DNA from: Eledone cirrhosa
Lineage: Eukaryota
Length of the DNA: 64,000 nt
Assembly (NCBI GenBank): GCA_964016885.1
Contig: OZ024740.1
Span: 253,828,001-253,892,000, forward strand
Direction: 5' to 3'
The notes below the pieces were generated by a model, which saw only the letters and a list, made by a program, of their open reading frames with translations, searched no databases and had not been told where the DNA came from. The translations under genes and the position numbers were made by a program. Shown here one piece after another: positions 11,064 through 26,166 of this stretch (positions within the stretch are counted from its first letter, which is position 1; every line of letters starts with the position of its first letter).

Positions 11064-14000
11064 CAAACAAACAAATTAACAACACACCAAAACAATTAAA
11101 ACCATCCACTCTCGCCTCTACATTTTTGCTTAACGCCCAAGGCATCAGCCCTTCCACCAATACTCAAAAATGGAAGATCAAATTCCTGGAGGACTGGATT
11201 GATGTCCATCCAAACCACATCCCTTTCTTCGTCCTCACTGAAACCCATCTCAGTAACCTCCACTTGGAAGCCGAGGTGAAAGTGAAAAATTTCAAAGCCA
11301 TCCGTGCTGATCGCGCTGGCAGAAGAAAGGGCGGAACTGCCATTTATGTCCATAATTCTTTCTCAACAGAGGCTATGAACATATTCACTAATGGATACTG
11401 TGAGGCAGTCACTGTATTCAGTCAAACCAACAACCTATTAGTAGTTGGGCTCTATAGGCCACCCAAACGCCTGTACCATGCTTCAAGGAATGCCTCAACA
11501 GCATAAAGTGTTTCATCCAAGAGTGTCACCCTGACAACATCTTAATGATGGGGGACTTCAACCTCCCCGGAGTTGACTGGTCCACAAACAGCCTGCCACC
11601 AGGTTCTTCTGCCTCAACCTCTGACAGGGAAGCTGTGGAATCGCTTCTTGACTTCATGGATGATTTCTTCCTATCCCAACTGGTGCTCGAACCAACGAGG
11701 TGCCACAAAAACGTCCTAGACTTAATTTTCAGCAATCACACTGACAATATCCACAATATTGCAGTGGAGAAAACTCTACTCTCTGATCATGACATGGTTC
11801 TCTGTGATCTGAGATTCCACCGTCCAATATACAAACCCAATGTCATCTCTCCTGTCCATCCGTTTGACGTTATGGATTTCCACAATGCAAACTGGGAAGC
11901 GATCAGTCATGATCTTGCACATGTCGACTGGTCCTTCACGCACACTCATACACCCACTAACATCAAAAAGTCCTGGCAGACATTTGTGGACACTGTTACA
12001 AACATATGTGCTAAACACACCCCATTAAGAACTATAAACAAATCTAAGAGCAGAATCACTAGAAATAGAAAAACGCTCATCAGAAAAATTAAGAGAGCGA
12101 ACAAAAAAATCAACAAGCTGAAATACTGTCAGCAGCAACACATCAACTTGACTGCCATTTCATCACTAGAGATTAAAAAACATAACCTCCAAAACAACAT
12201 AATGTCCCTCATCAACAATCAGAGAAGAGCTGAAGAGGCCTGGGCCATTGAGAAGATCAAACTCAATCCCAAAGTGTTCTTTTCATTTGCAAAAAAACAC
12301 AAAATCACTGGCTCTACTGTTGGCCCTCTAATTGATGAAAATGGCACTCTTCAAGACAATGCTAAAACCATGGGTGAGATACTGCAGAAACAATACTGCT
12401 CTGTTTTCAGCAATCCTGATATGGCCGATCTGGGCTGTATCGGCGATGTTACTCCCCATTACACCTTATCGGACATAACGTTTGGCGCCCCTGATGTCTT
12501 GGCGGCAATAAAGGAAATCAAGCATAATTCAGCAGTAGGTCAGGATAGGTTCCCTGCTTGTGTCTTGAAGGCGTGTCAACACCAACTTGCATCTCCTCTT
12601 GCCAATCTGTGGCGGAACTCACTGGATGCTGGATATGTGCCAGAAAACCTTCTATCCCAGTCTGTTGTCCCAGTTTTCAAAAAGGGAAACAAATCCCTTG
12701 CCGTGAATTACCGTCCAATCTCACTCACCTCTCATATCATTAAGGTATTTGAGAGAGTGGTGAGATCGCGAATGACCCACTTCCTTGAGAGTAACAATAT
12801 GCTGAACTCCAACCAGCATGGATTCCGTAATGGAAGGGATTGCCTGACGCAGCTACTGCATCACTTTGATGACATTTTGAGAGCCTTGGGAGAGGGTTCC
12901 AACACTGATGTTATCTACCTTGATTTCAGCAAGGCCTTTGACAGGGTTGATCATAACATTCTACTGAGAAAGCTGTCCAATATTGGTGTCACTGGAAAGC
13001 TGCTGCAGTGGATCAAGAGCTTCCTGTCAAACAGAACCCAACATGTTGTAGTTGAGGGAGTCAAATCAAGCCCAGCCAAAGTCAGTAGTGGGGTCCCACA
13101 AGGCACTGTGTTGGGCCCACTTCTCTTCATCATCTATATTAATGACATCACTGACATCATCAAACACAGCAACATTAAAATTTTCGCTGATGATTCCAAG
13201 CTCCAAAAGGTCATCAATGGCGTGGATGACCGGATAAGCCTTCAGTCAGACCTACTGGCTGTTACCCAATGGGCGGAAAAGAACAACATGTTACTGAACG
13301 AAGACAAATTCGAACTGATCCACTTTGGAAAAGAGGATGCTCTGAAACTCCCGTACTCCCTTCCCTCCGGGGAAACTCTCGTGGCATCTAACAACATCAG
13401 AGACTTGGGAGTAACCGTGGACAGCAACATAAGCTGGACCACGCATATAAGCAGCAAAGTTGACATGGCCCGCAGAATGTGTTCCTGGATCCTCAGAACC
13501 TTCCAGTCGAGAGATTCCCGCACCATTATCCTTCTCTTCTCTACTTTTGCCCGACCACACCTTGAATACTGTTGTCCACTGTGGTCTCCCCACACGAAAC
13601 AAAGTATCATGAAACTTGAAGCTCCTCAAAGGGCAATCACGAAAAAGATAGATGGCATGTCAGACCTTGACTACTGGGGTCGATTAGAAAACCTGAAACT
13701 TTACTCACTCCAACGTCGCCGTGAGCATTATATTATCTGCATGATGTGGAAAATGTTCCATCATCACTGCCCAAATGATGTTGGCATCGCCTTCAAGATA
13801 CACCCAAGGCTTGGGCCCCGTGCTATCCGTCCCATTCAAAAATCTAAATCGCAACTCATAACAACAATACGGCACAATTATTTCACCTCAATCGGCCCTG
13901 CTCTCTTCAACATCACACCAGGACACGTCAAAACAGAAACTGACCACACAAAATTCAAGAAGTCTTTGGACAAATTCCTCCAAGTAATCCCGGACAAACC

Positions 14001-14070
14001 ACCCACACCCGGATATGTCTCCGCAAACAGTAATTCTCTTCTCGAATGGGCCATGGTGCCCAAATCCTGA
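11051..14070 (+). pseudogene. CR1-type ORF2 (APE-RT) with one frameshift near 11465
   Basis: LNAQGI, LTETHL, GLYRPP in one frame. Continues TPVPCFKECL...MGDFN, LDLIF, SDHD, NYRPISL, FADD in the next frame. Confidence 0.9.
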
Positions 14071-14155
14071 ATTGAAAGACTTCGCCAGGTGGTGCTATTA
14101 AGTTAGACATGGCCTGGGCCAATACTGGCCAAAACATTTCAAAGTTATTCAAAGT

Positions 14156-14734
<579 letters not shown>

Positions 14735-16690
14735 TCATCATCATCATCATCATCATCACCGTTTTACGTCCGTTCTTCCACGCTAGCATGGGTTAGACGG
14801 GTTGTCCTGTTGTGGGCAGTGTCTGGTCGGCTGACCATGCCTTGCTCATACAGGAACTGATCTGGCTTGATTTCTACAGCTGGATGCCCTTCCTAACACC
14901 AACCTCATTTACAGTGAGTGCTGGGTGCTTTTTCGTGGCGCCTACACGTCCACTTTACAGTGTGGGCTGGGTGCTTTTTTGCCGTGGCACCTCCACGACC
15001 ACCTTGCGGTGGGGGGGGGGGGGGCATATTGTTTATATGCTTCAGCATGTACCCATGGGAGGTCGGGTACCCTGTATTACTGCGTGACGCCAGAAGTCAC
15101 GGTCGTGTGTCATTGACTTTGAGAGGTGTAGTTGGGTAAGGTCGGCTTTTATCACCTCATCCCAAGTCATCTTGGGTCTCCCCACTCCGCGGTTTCCATC
15201 AACTTCTAGTGCTCTGCACCTTTTTATGCAGCTGTCATCCTTCATACGCATCACATGTCCATACCAGCGTAACCGCCTCTCCTGCACGCAGCATTTGATT
15301 CCTCTTATGCTCAGTCTCTCTCTCAATTCATTTATGCTTTGTCGTTCACGTATATTACTGTTACACATCCATCGGAGCATGCAGGCTTCGTTTCTCTCTA
15401 ATCTACGTAAGTCTTCCACCTTCAGCGCCCAGGTCTCACTACCATGCAACATCGCTGTTCGGATACACGCATCATACAGTCTGCCTTTCATTCTGAGGGA
15501 GAAGCCTTTTGCAGCTAGCAGTGGTAGTAGTTCCCTAAACTTCTTCCATCCCGTTCTTACCCTAGTTATTGTACTTTCTGAGCACCCACCTCCGTTGCTA
15601 ATTCGGTCACCTAGGTAGCAGAAGCTGTCTACTGTTTCTACAGGGCCCTCCCAGAGATTGGTGGTACTTGTTTCCTGTGGCTGTTTGCTTGCTGTTTCAG
15701 CACAGCTGCTGCATGTGAATCCTACATTCTTAATTAAGCTTCCTGAGATCCCGCTACATCTCTTGTGTACCCATTGTTTGCATTTGGGGCAAAGAATGGA
15801 GTTCCTACCTACACCTTTCCTACATACTGAGCAAGGCCATTTCCCTGAGGGGATCTGGGTTCTGTTTTCTCGTCTACTTATAAGGACCTTAGTCTTTGTC
15901 ATGTTGACTTTGAGGCCCTTTCTCTCTAGTCCCTGCTTCCAGGTTTGGAATTTATTCTCTAATTCTACCATAGATTCAGCTATGAGTGCGAGGTCATCAG
16001 CATACAGGAGTTCCCATGGGCATCCGGTCTTAAACTCCTCCGTTATTGCCTGCAGGACTATGATGAACAGGAGAGGGCTAAGAACAGAGCCCTGGTGGAC
16101 CCCAACCTGTACGCTAAATTCCTCGCTATACTCATTGCCAATCCTAACTTTGCTGACTGCTCCCCTATACATGGCTTGTACCGCTTTCACAAGCCATTCA
16201 TCTACTCCTAGTTTTCTAAGAGCCCACCAGATTACTGCACGTGGAACTCTGTCAAAGGCTTTCTCAAGGTCGACAAATGCCAAGTAGAGTGGCTTACTTT
16301 TAGCTAGGTACTTTTCCTGTAATTGCCTCACAAGGAAGAGCGCATCAGTGGTGCCTTTCCCTGGAACAAACCCAAATTGCATCTCGTCTATATTCACCCG
16401 GTCCCTAATCAGCTGTGCTATAACTCTTTCTGTTACTTTCATGACCTGGTCCATCAACTTTATACCTCTATAGTTTCCTCTATCTAGTGCATCGCCTTTA
16501 CCTTTGTAGCAGTTGACAATGATGCTACTGCACCAATCTTTTGGTATGGCCCCCTCTAGTATTACCTGGTTAACGATACGTGTGGTTATAGTGTGACCTA
16601 CAGACCCAGATGCCTTCAGCATCTCGGCAGCTATACCCGATGGACCGGTTGCCTTCCCTATCTTCATATCTCTGATTGCCTTACTTACTA
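14735..16690 (-). mobile_element. RTE-clade LINE family B, 5'-truncated
   Basis: RT ORF ending ...[10 protein letters not shown] with LLYADD and a PHD-like finger. Distinct 3' UTR and (ATG)n tail. Confidence 0.93.
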
Positions 16691-17445
<755 letters not shown>

Positions 17446-18760
17446 GAGGGTGTTAAAGTTTGCTTGAAGCATTGTGAAATGTGTAAAATACGTAGTTAAG
17501 AAAGCCACAACAATGCAGAAGGAAATCTCGAGGTAGGAAGTGAATGATAGATAGGAGAAACAGGAGATAGTGAAAATTGAGAGAGACAAAGATGAAAACA
17601 AAACAAAGGTAGAAGGGTTACCGTAGTGGAGATTTAATCCCAATATTTCGGGCTCACGCCCATCAACGGGGAAAAGTTCCAAAAGGGGCGGAACAGGCCA
17701 AGCGGAGAAAGTTGTGATGTCGTTAAGACAGGAATGCCGTTATGGGGAGAAAATTATTTAAAATTTAAACGAGGGAAAGAATGCGCGTGCGCGTGATAGG
17801 CTGTGTCAAAAGCTACTGACCAAATGGGTTAAATCAAGAGGGTGCGCTAGCGTGTGAAAGCCGTAAAATATGTGTGTGTAAATATATATGTGTGTGTAAC
17901 TGTGTGTGTATAAGTGTAAGTGTGTATATGTGTGAGTGTGTGTGTGTGTGAAAGATAGTGGGCTGTAGAAGCTGGAAATCAAAGGGTGTGAAAGGTGGTA
18001 GGTTGTAAAACATGTGTGCGTGTATAAATATAGATGTGTGTGTGTAAGCGTATGGGTATACATGTGTGTGTAACTGTGTGTGTATATGTGTGAGTGCGTG
18101 TGTGTGTGAAAGATAGTGGGCTGTAGAAGCTGGAAATCAAAGGGTTTGAAAGGTGGTAGGTTGTAAAAACATGTGTGCGTGTATAAATATAGATGTGTGT
18201 GTGTATGCATATGGGTATGCATATACGTGCGTGTGTGTGAAGATAGCAGGCTGTAGGCTGTGAATGGTCACTATGGTTAAGTTAGCCATGTCAGTTCATT
18301 TCTCTCAGCCCGGTTGTTAAGTGGGGGTCTGAGGTTCTTAATAACAAGTGCTTCCTTTATCCTTAAGGATCCGATGCTGCGTTCAGTCGCTAGGACTGTG
18401 ACCAAGGGTCTACCCTGTGGGTTTCCGCATTTAAGGATGTGTTTACGGAAGGAAGATGCGTTGGTGTTGATATGTTCCTTGATACGAACATGTAGGGGTC
18501 GGATGGTGCTACCTATGTAAAACTTGTTACATTTATCGCATTGAATTTTATATACGACATAGGTGCGTAGGCAATCTGCCCCCCGTATCGGGCAGTTGCT
18601 GAGGGAACACGTCCCATCTGACTCGTCGGGTTTGTTGGAGAGGCATCTTCGCAGCGAAGGTCCTGTGTGGGCCAAATGTATGTCAAGTCCCTCCGTCCGT
18701 ATGGCCCTGCGGATGGCGTTCGTGGTATATTCACTCAGGTGGGGGATTTTAAAGAAGCAC
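17446..18760 (-). mobile_element. Penelope-like element: inverted copy of the 3' part (GIY-YIG plus pLTR)
   Basis: Reverse complement of 19217-20490. ORF 18277-18675 has VVYKIQC..C...YIGSTIRPLHVRIKEH. Confidence 0.92.
17638..17672 (-). ncRNA. Variant minimal hammerhead-like motif (mirror copy)
   Basis: Reverse complement of the motif at 20302-20337, with one C fewer. Confidence 0.5.
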
Positions 18761-20490
18761 GTCGCCTTCTACTCCAGATACGTTGATGACATCCTGATAC
18801 TGACTTCTTCCCGGGAGATGGAGAATGAAATTCACCAAATCTTCAACGATACTGACCATCACGTCGATTTCACCATCGAACACCCAGGAGAAGACGGGTC
18901 ACTCGCCCTCCTTGACTTCCGTATCAACGTCTCGGAAGAAGGAGACATAAACACCACCTTCTACCGCAAAGCAGCGTGCAAGGACTTATTTGTGCATTAC
19001 AACTCAGCCCTCCCCAACAACGCTAAGAGAGGCTATGTCCTAAATGAACTGACACGGATCACTAACAGATGCAGCGACCCGATGGGTGGTCTCACCCATA
19101 CCACGCAATTCCGTAATCTACTCAGATCTAATGGTTATCCCAAGCGCCTGATTAACGGAATTAGAGACCCCAGACCCAATAGACAGACACCCACGAGAAA
19201 CTTAAATTAAAAGCAGGTGCTTCTTTAAAATCCCCCACCTGAGTGAATATACCACGAACGCCATCCGCAGGGCCATACGGACGGAGGGACTTGACATACA
19301 TTTGGCCCACACAGGACCTTCGCTGCGAAGATGCCTCTCCAACAAACCCGACGAGTCAGATGGGACGTGTTCCCTCAGCAACTGCCCGATACGGGGGGCA
19401 GATTGCCTACGCACCTATGTCGTATATAAGATTCAATGCGATAAATGTAATAAGTTTTACATAGGTAGCACCATCCGACCCCTACATGTTCGTATCAAGG
19501 AACATATCAACACCAACGCATCTTCCTTCCGTAAACACATCCTTAAATGCGGAAACCCACAGGGTAGACCCTTGGTCACAGTCCTAGCGACTGAACGCAG
19601 CATCGGATCCTTAAGGATAAAGGAAGCACTTGTTATTAAGAACCTCAGACCCCCACTTAACAACCGGGCTGAGAGAAATGAGCTGACATGGCTAACTTAA
19701 CCATAGTGACCATTCACAGCCTACGGCCTGCTATCTTCACACACTCGCACGTATATGCATACCCATATGCATACACACACACATCTATATTTATACACGC
19801 ACACATGTTTTTACAACCTACCACCTTTCACACCCTTTGATTTCCAGCTTCTACAGCCCACTATCTTTCACACACACACGCACTCACACATATACACACA
19901 CAGTTACACACACATGTATACCCATACGCTTACACACACACATCTATATTTATACACGCACACGTTTTACAACCTACCACCTTTCACACCCTTTGATTTC
20001 CAGCTTCTACAGCCCACTATCTTTCACACACACACACACTCACACATATACACACTTACACTTATACACACACAGTTACACACACATATATATTTACACA
20101 CACATATTTTACGGCTTTCACACGCTAGCGCACCCTCTTGATTTAACCCATTTGGTCAGTAGCTTTTGCCACAGCCTATCACGCGCACGCGCATTCTTTC
20201 CCTCGTTTAAATTTTAAATAATTTTCTCCCCATAACGGCATTCCTGTCTTAACGACATCACAACTTTCTCCGCTTGGCCTGTTCCCCCCCTTTTGGAACT
20301 TTCCCCCGTTGATGGGCGTGAGCCCGAAATATTGGGATTAAATCTCCACTACGGTAACCCTTCTACCTTTGTTTTGTTTTCATCTTTGTCTCTCTCAATT
20401 TTCACTTTCTCCTGTTTCTCCTATCTATCATTCACTTCCTACCTCGAGATTTCCCTCTGCATTGTTGTGGCTTTCTTAACTACGTATTTT
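18761..20490 (+). mobile_element. Penelope-like element (Penelope/Poseidon-like), 5'-truncated RT plus GIY-YIG plus pLTR
   Basis: RYVDD, FTIE, LALLD, FYRK, LRSNGYP in the RT fragment. GIY-YIG ORF 19302-19700. CA-rich tandem repeats in the 3' region. Confidence 0.92.
20302..20337 (+). ncRNA. Variant minimal hammerhead-like motif
   Basis: TCCC-CCGTTGA-T-GGGC-GTGA-GCCC-GAAA-TA-TT-GGGA. Stem II covaries with the motif at 47295-47330. Confidence 0.55.
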
Positions 20491-20501
20491 ATATATATAT
20501 A

Positions 20502-21487
<986 letters not shown>

Positions 21488-21491
21488 CATA

Positions 21492-21541
<50 letters not shown>

Positions 21542-24500
21542 CATCATCATCATCATCATCATCATCATCAACGTTTAACGTCCGTGTTCCACGCTTGCAT
21601 GGGTTTGGACGGGGGTAGTCCCACTTGAGGCAAGAGTGATTGTCTTGCTCGCATAGGGCTGTCTGGCAGGTTTTCTACAGTTGGATGCCCTTCCTAACAC
21701 CAACCACATTTACAGTGTGGGTCTGGGAGGTTTTTACCGTGTTGCCTACACGGCCACATTACAGCGTGGACTGTGTGTTTTTTTGTCGTGACACCTACAC
21801 GATCTCATTTGTTTCGGCCTCGATGGCGCGGCACCAACATAACTTTACATAGAACGGGGTGGTGTGGATGGGGTGGGGGTGGTGGTGGTGGGACGGGGTG
21901 TATTTTGTTAGAGATGCCTACTGGCTGGAGTAGGTTTTACTATATATTTAGGTAAGGCGGGTCTTCTCTGTTACTGAGTACCGCCAAAGGTCTCGGTCCA
22001 GTGACATTGTCTTGGAGAGGTGTAAGTGTGTGATGTCGGAGTTTATCAGCTCGTCCCAGGTTTTTCTAGGTCTGCCTATTCAGTGACTACCGTCTATCTT
22101 TATTGCCCTGCACTTTGTTATACAGCTATCGACTTTCATGCGCATCACGTGTCCATACCAACGCAGCCTTCTCTCGAGTAAACAACATCTGATCCCTCTT
22201 ATCTCTAATTTTTTCCTTAGTTCGTTTATGCTTTGCCGTTCACGTATATTACTGTTACACATCCAGCGGAGCATGCAAGCTTCGTTCCTCTCTAGTCTGC
22301 GTATATCCTCTGCACACAATGCCCAGGTCTCACTGCCATGCAGCATTGCTATTCGTATGCAGGCATCGTACAACCTGCCTTTCATTTTTAGTGAGAACCC
22401 TTTAGCAGCTAATAGTGGTATAAGCTCTCTGAACTTTTTCCAACCAGTTCTGACTCTAGCTACAGTACTTTCAGAGCACCCTCCCCCACTGCTGATTTTA
22501 TCGCCCAGGTAACGGAAGCTGTCCACTATTTCTATAGAACCCTCTGCGCAATTGAAAGAGCTAGTATTTTGTGGGCACTTGCTGCTACTTATTGCACCAG
22601 AGCACCGGCCACATGTGAAATCTATGTTCTTAGTTAGCTTACCTGTGATCCCACTACATCTTTTATGCACCCATCTTTCCTACAAACTAGTACTTTGGTC
22701 TTAGCCAGGTTAATTTTAAGTCCTTTTGACTCTAGGCCGTGCTTCCATGTTTGGAATTTCTTCTCTAGCTCGGCCATTGATTCCGCTATGAGTGTCAGGT
22801 CGTCTGCTTATAGGAGTTCCCATGGGCAGCCTGTCTTGAACTCCTCTGTTATAGCCGGAAGGGCAATAATAAATAGTAGTGGGCTGAGAACAGAGCCCTG
22901 ATGGACGCCAACTTTTACGCTAAACTCTTCACTATATTCGTTGTTAATTCTAACCTTGCTGACTGTTTCTTTATACATGGCTTGTATAGCCCTCACAAGC
23001 CATTCGTCAACGCCTAGTTTTCTAAGAGCCCACCAGATAATGGAGCGGGGGACTCTGTCGAAGGCTTTCTCCAAGTCGACAAAAGCTAAGTAGAGGGGTT
23101 TACCTTTAGCTAGGTACTTCTCCTGTAGTTGTCGTACTATGAAAAGAGCGTCTGTGGTACTTTTGCCTGACACAAACCCGAACTGCATTTCATCTAGGTC
23201 AATTCTCTCTCTGATTAGTTGCGCTATTACTTTTTCCGTGACCTTCATGACCTGGTCGATTAATTTAATGCCTCTATAGTTACTCCTATCTAGGGCGTCT
23301 CCTTTACCCTTATAACAGTTAACGATGATGCTGCTATGCCAGTCCTTCGGAACAACCCCATTCTGTACGACTTGGTTAACTATGCGGGTGACCATGGTGT
23401 GTCCCACCGTGCCAGATGCCTTCAGCATCTCAGCAACTATTTCCGAAGGCCCAGCCGCCTTACCCGTCTTCATATCCTTGATTGCCTTACTTATTATACT
23501 CCCCTCGACTAACACTGCTGGTCTTCTATTGGGTCGATATGGGGGAGACTGTCTTTCTCCCATTTATTCTCCTCATTTAGTAGCCTTTCATAGTGACACT
23601 TCCAAGCTACCTTCTTATCAGCGTCGGTGATGGCAAGTGTGCCATCGTCGTTTAGTACACACTTCTCCCCGACAATATCACGGTTTTCCTTGACGCATTG
23701 CCTAGCAATCCTGAACACCTCACGTTTTTGGTCATCGCGTTGTAGAACATGCTTGAACTTTCTTTCCTCAGCTTCCCTTCTTGCTAAGTACACTTGTCTC
23801 CTAGCTTCCTTCCTGGCCACTTGATAGTCTTCTCTACTTCCCCCATCCCGCCATACTTTCCAAGCCTGCTTTTTGGCCTTAATTGACCCCTCCACCTTAC
23901 TGTTCCACCACCATGTTACTCTCCTCCTGCCTACAGGCCTGCTCCAGCCACAGACTTCGTCTGTCGCCAACAGCAGGTTTGCTTTCAGAAATTCCCACTC
24001 TCCCTCTATATTGTCCGACTCTAAATGTTCTTCCTTACTGTCGAAAGCATCAAGTAATATGCTTTGAAATTTATTCCTGGCTGTGGGGTCCTTTAGCTTC
24101 CATATTTTTCTCCTGAGGATAGTCCTCTTCTGCTGTCGAGTACGTCTCGTCCTGACTATGAGGTCGCTAATTATCAGTCTATGTTGGGAGGTGCATTCTT
24201 CATGGGGGAGGGATTTAGTGTTTACAACAGACACTCTGTCACGTCTTCTGGTAAGGATATAATCTACCTGGCTTGTGTGTTCCCCGGATCTATAGGTGAT
24301 CAGGTGATTGTCACGTTTTTTGAAGTCAGTGTTACAGATAGTTAGGTTATTTGCATCACAGAATTCCAGGATTCTGGAGCCTTCCTCATTTCTAGTACCA
24401 AACCCATAGCCTCCATGGATTTCGTCGTAGCCGTCACAATGTTGTCCAACGTGACCATTTAGGTCGCCTGCGATAATTATATAGTCACTGTCGGATATTT

Positions 24501-25421
24501 GGGAGGTAGTTAGCATCAGTGTCTCATAGAATCTGTCTTTTATAGTGCCGGGCAGTCCGGATTGGGGTGCGTACGCAGATATTACTGTCACCGTAGTTCT
24601 ATTGAGGACAAGTCGTATTTTAATTATTCTGTCGTTCACTCTATTTACGTCTATTATCTTATCTGCCCACTTTTCTGCTACCATGATTCCTACTCCACCC
24701 AGCCCATCGTCGTTTCCCACCCAGAAAAGCTTATAACATCGTTTTTTACCCTCAATGAACCTAGCAGACCCACCCCTCCACCTGGTCTCTTGAATACAAC
24801 AAACATCGACCTCCTTACGTTCAAGCATTTCTACAACCTCGTTAGCGCGACCCTTTAGGGTGCCTACATTTATGGTACCAACTCTTTGCGTTTGGGGGTT
24901 GGGGGCGGTGGGGGGCGGTGGGCGATGGGGTTATGTTAGCCGTCCGCGGTCGAAACAATGAGTGCTCGCATTGTTTCTTGGACGAGAATGAGTGCTCGCA
25001 TTCTCGTCCAAGAGGTGAATTTGTCTTTATCTTTGGCATTGTCGCTTGAGCGTCCAGATTTTTCTCTCTCTCTCCTCCACTCTCCAGGATTCCGCAGTCC
25101 ATCCATCCATCATATATCGAAAGGCAACCAGGCAAGCGATAGTATAGGCCTCTGGCTTCTGATTGGTCCGCGTAATAATACTGGTGATGCGTGGGGGCTC
25201 TGTTTTATGATTGGTCCACGTAATAGCAATGGTGGTGCGTGGGGGTGGGCGGGAGGGGTGTTGGGTAGCTAGATAGAAGGTAATGATTGAATGGGGTCCT
25301 TGCATTTAACAAGCGATTAACAAAAATACAAAATTTGTTCTGTTCAATACGACCAAAAACTTTCGTATTTAACAATTAATAAAAACAAAAAATGTAGTTT
25401 GTTTTAGCGATAGATTGGCTA
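21542..25421 (-). mobile_element. RTE family A, full-length but disrupted
   Basis: ORF pieces 23509-24828, 22808-23563 and 22080-22670. 5' UTR matches 39009-39500. Frameshift, stops and a deletion near 22675. Confidence 0.93.
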
Positions 25422-25648
25422 TTTGGACTTGATACGAAATATGACGCTAGAATTAGAATTAAAATACGCTAGAATTAGGATTTGTGGAGGAAGAGAAATG
25501 AAATCTGTACATTACTTTACATGAATATCGTGGGGTAGAGACAGCAAGCAATGAAATTTGGCGAAGTGAATTCCTATCATATATATATATATAGAGAGAG
25601 AGAGAGAGGGGGGGTGGTGGCCATACATATATATATATATATATATGC

Positions 25649-25681
<33 letters not shown>

Positions 25682-25734
25682 CATATATACATATATATAT
25701 ACATATATATATATATACATATATATACATATAC

Positions 25735-25765
<31 letters not shown>

Positions 25766-25771
25766 CATACA

Positions 25772-25833
<62 letters not shown>

Positions 25834-25853
25834 CATATATATATATATATACA

Positions 25854-25910
<57 letters not shown>

Positions 25911-25912
25911 TC

Positions 25913-25995
<83 letters not shown>

Positions 25996-26015
25996 TGTAT
26001 ATATATATATATATG

Positions 26016-26077
<62 letters not shown>

Positions 26078-26131
26078 TGTATATGTATATATATGTATAT
26101 ATATATATATGTATATATATATGTATATATG

Positions 26132-26166
<35 letters not shown>

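Larger units (their letters stand above)
10291..14155 (+). mobile_element. CR1-group LINE, near full length (ORF1 plus ORF2)
   Basis: ORF1 with tandem CCCH fingers, APE domain and RT domain. 3' tail ttcaaagttattcaaagta runs into (TA)n. Confidence 0.92.

Noticed and set aside
11462-11468. CCCAAAC as a programmed -1 frameshift in CR1 ORF2
   Set aside because: The heptamer is in the wrong codon phase (CCC AAA C) and lies mid-endonuclease. A 1-nt deletion is simpler.
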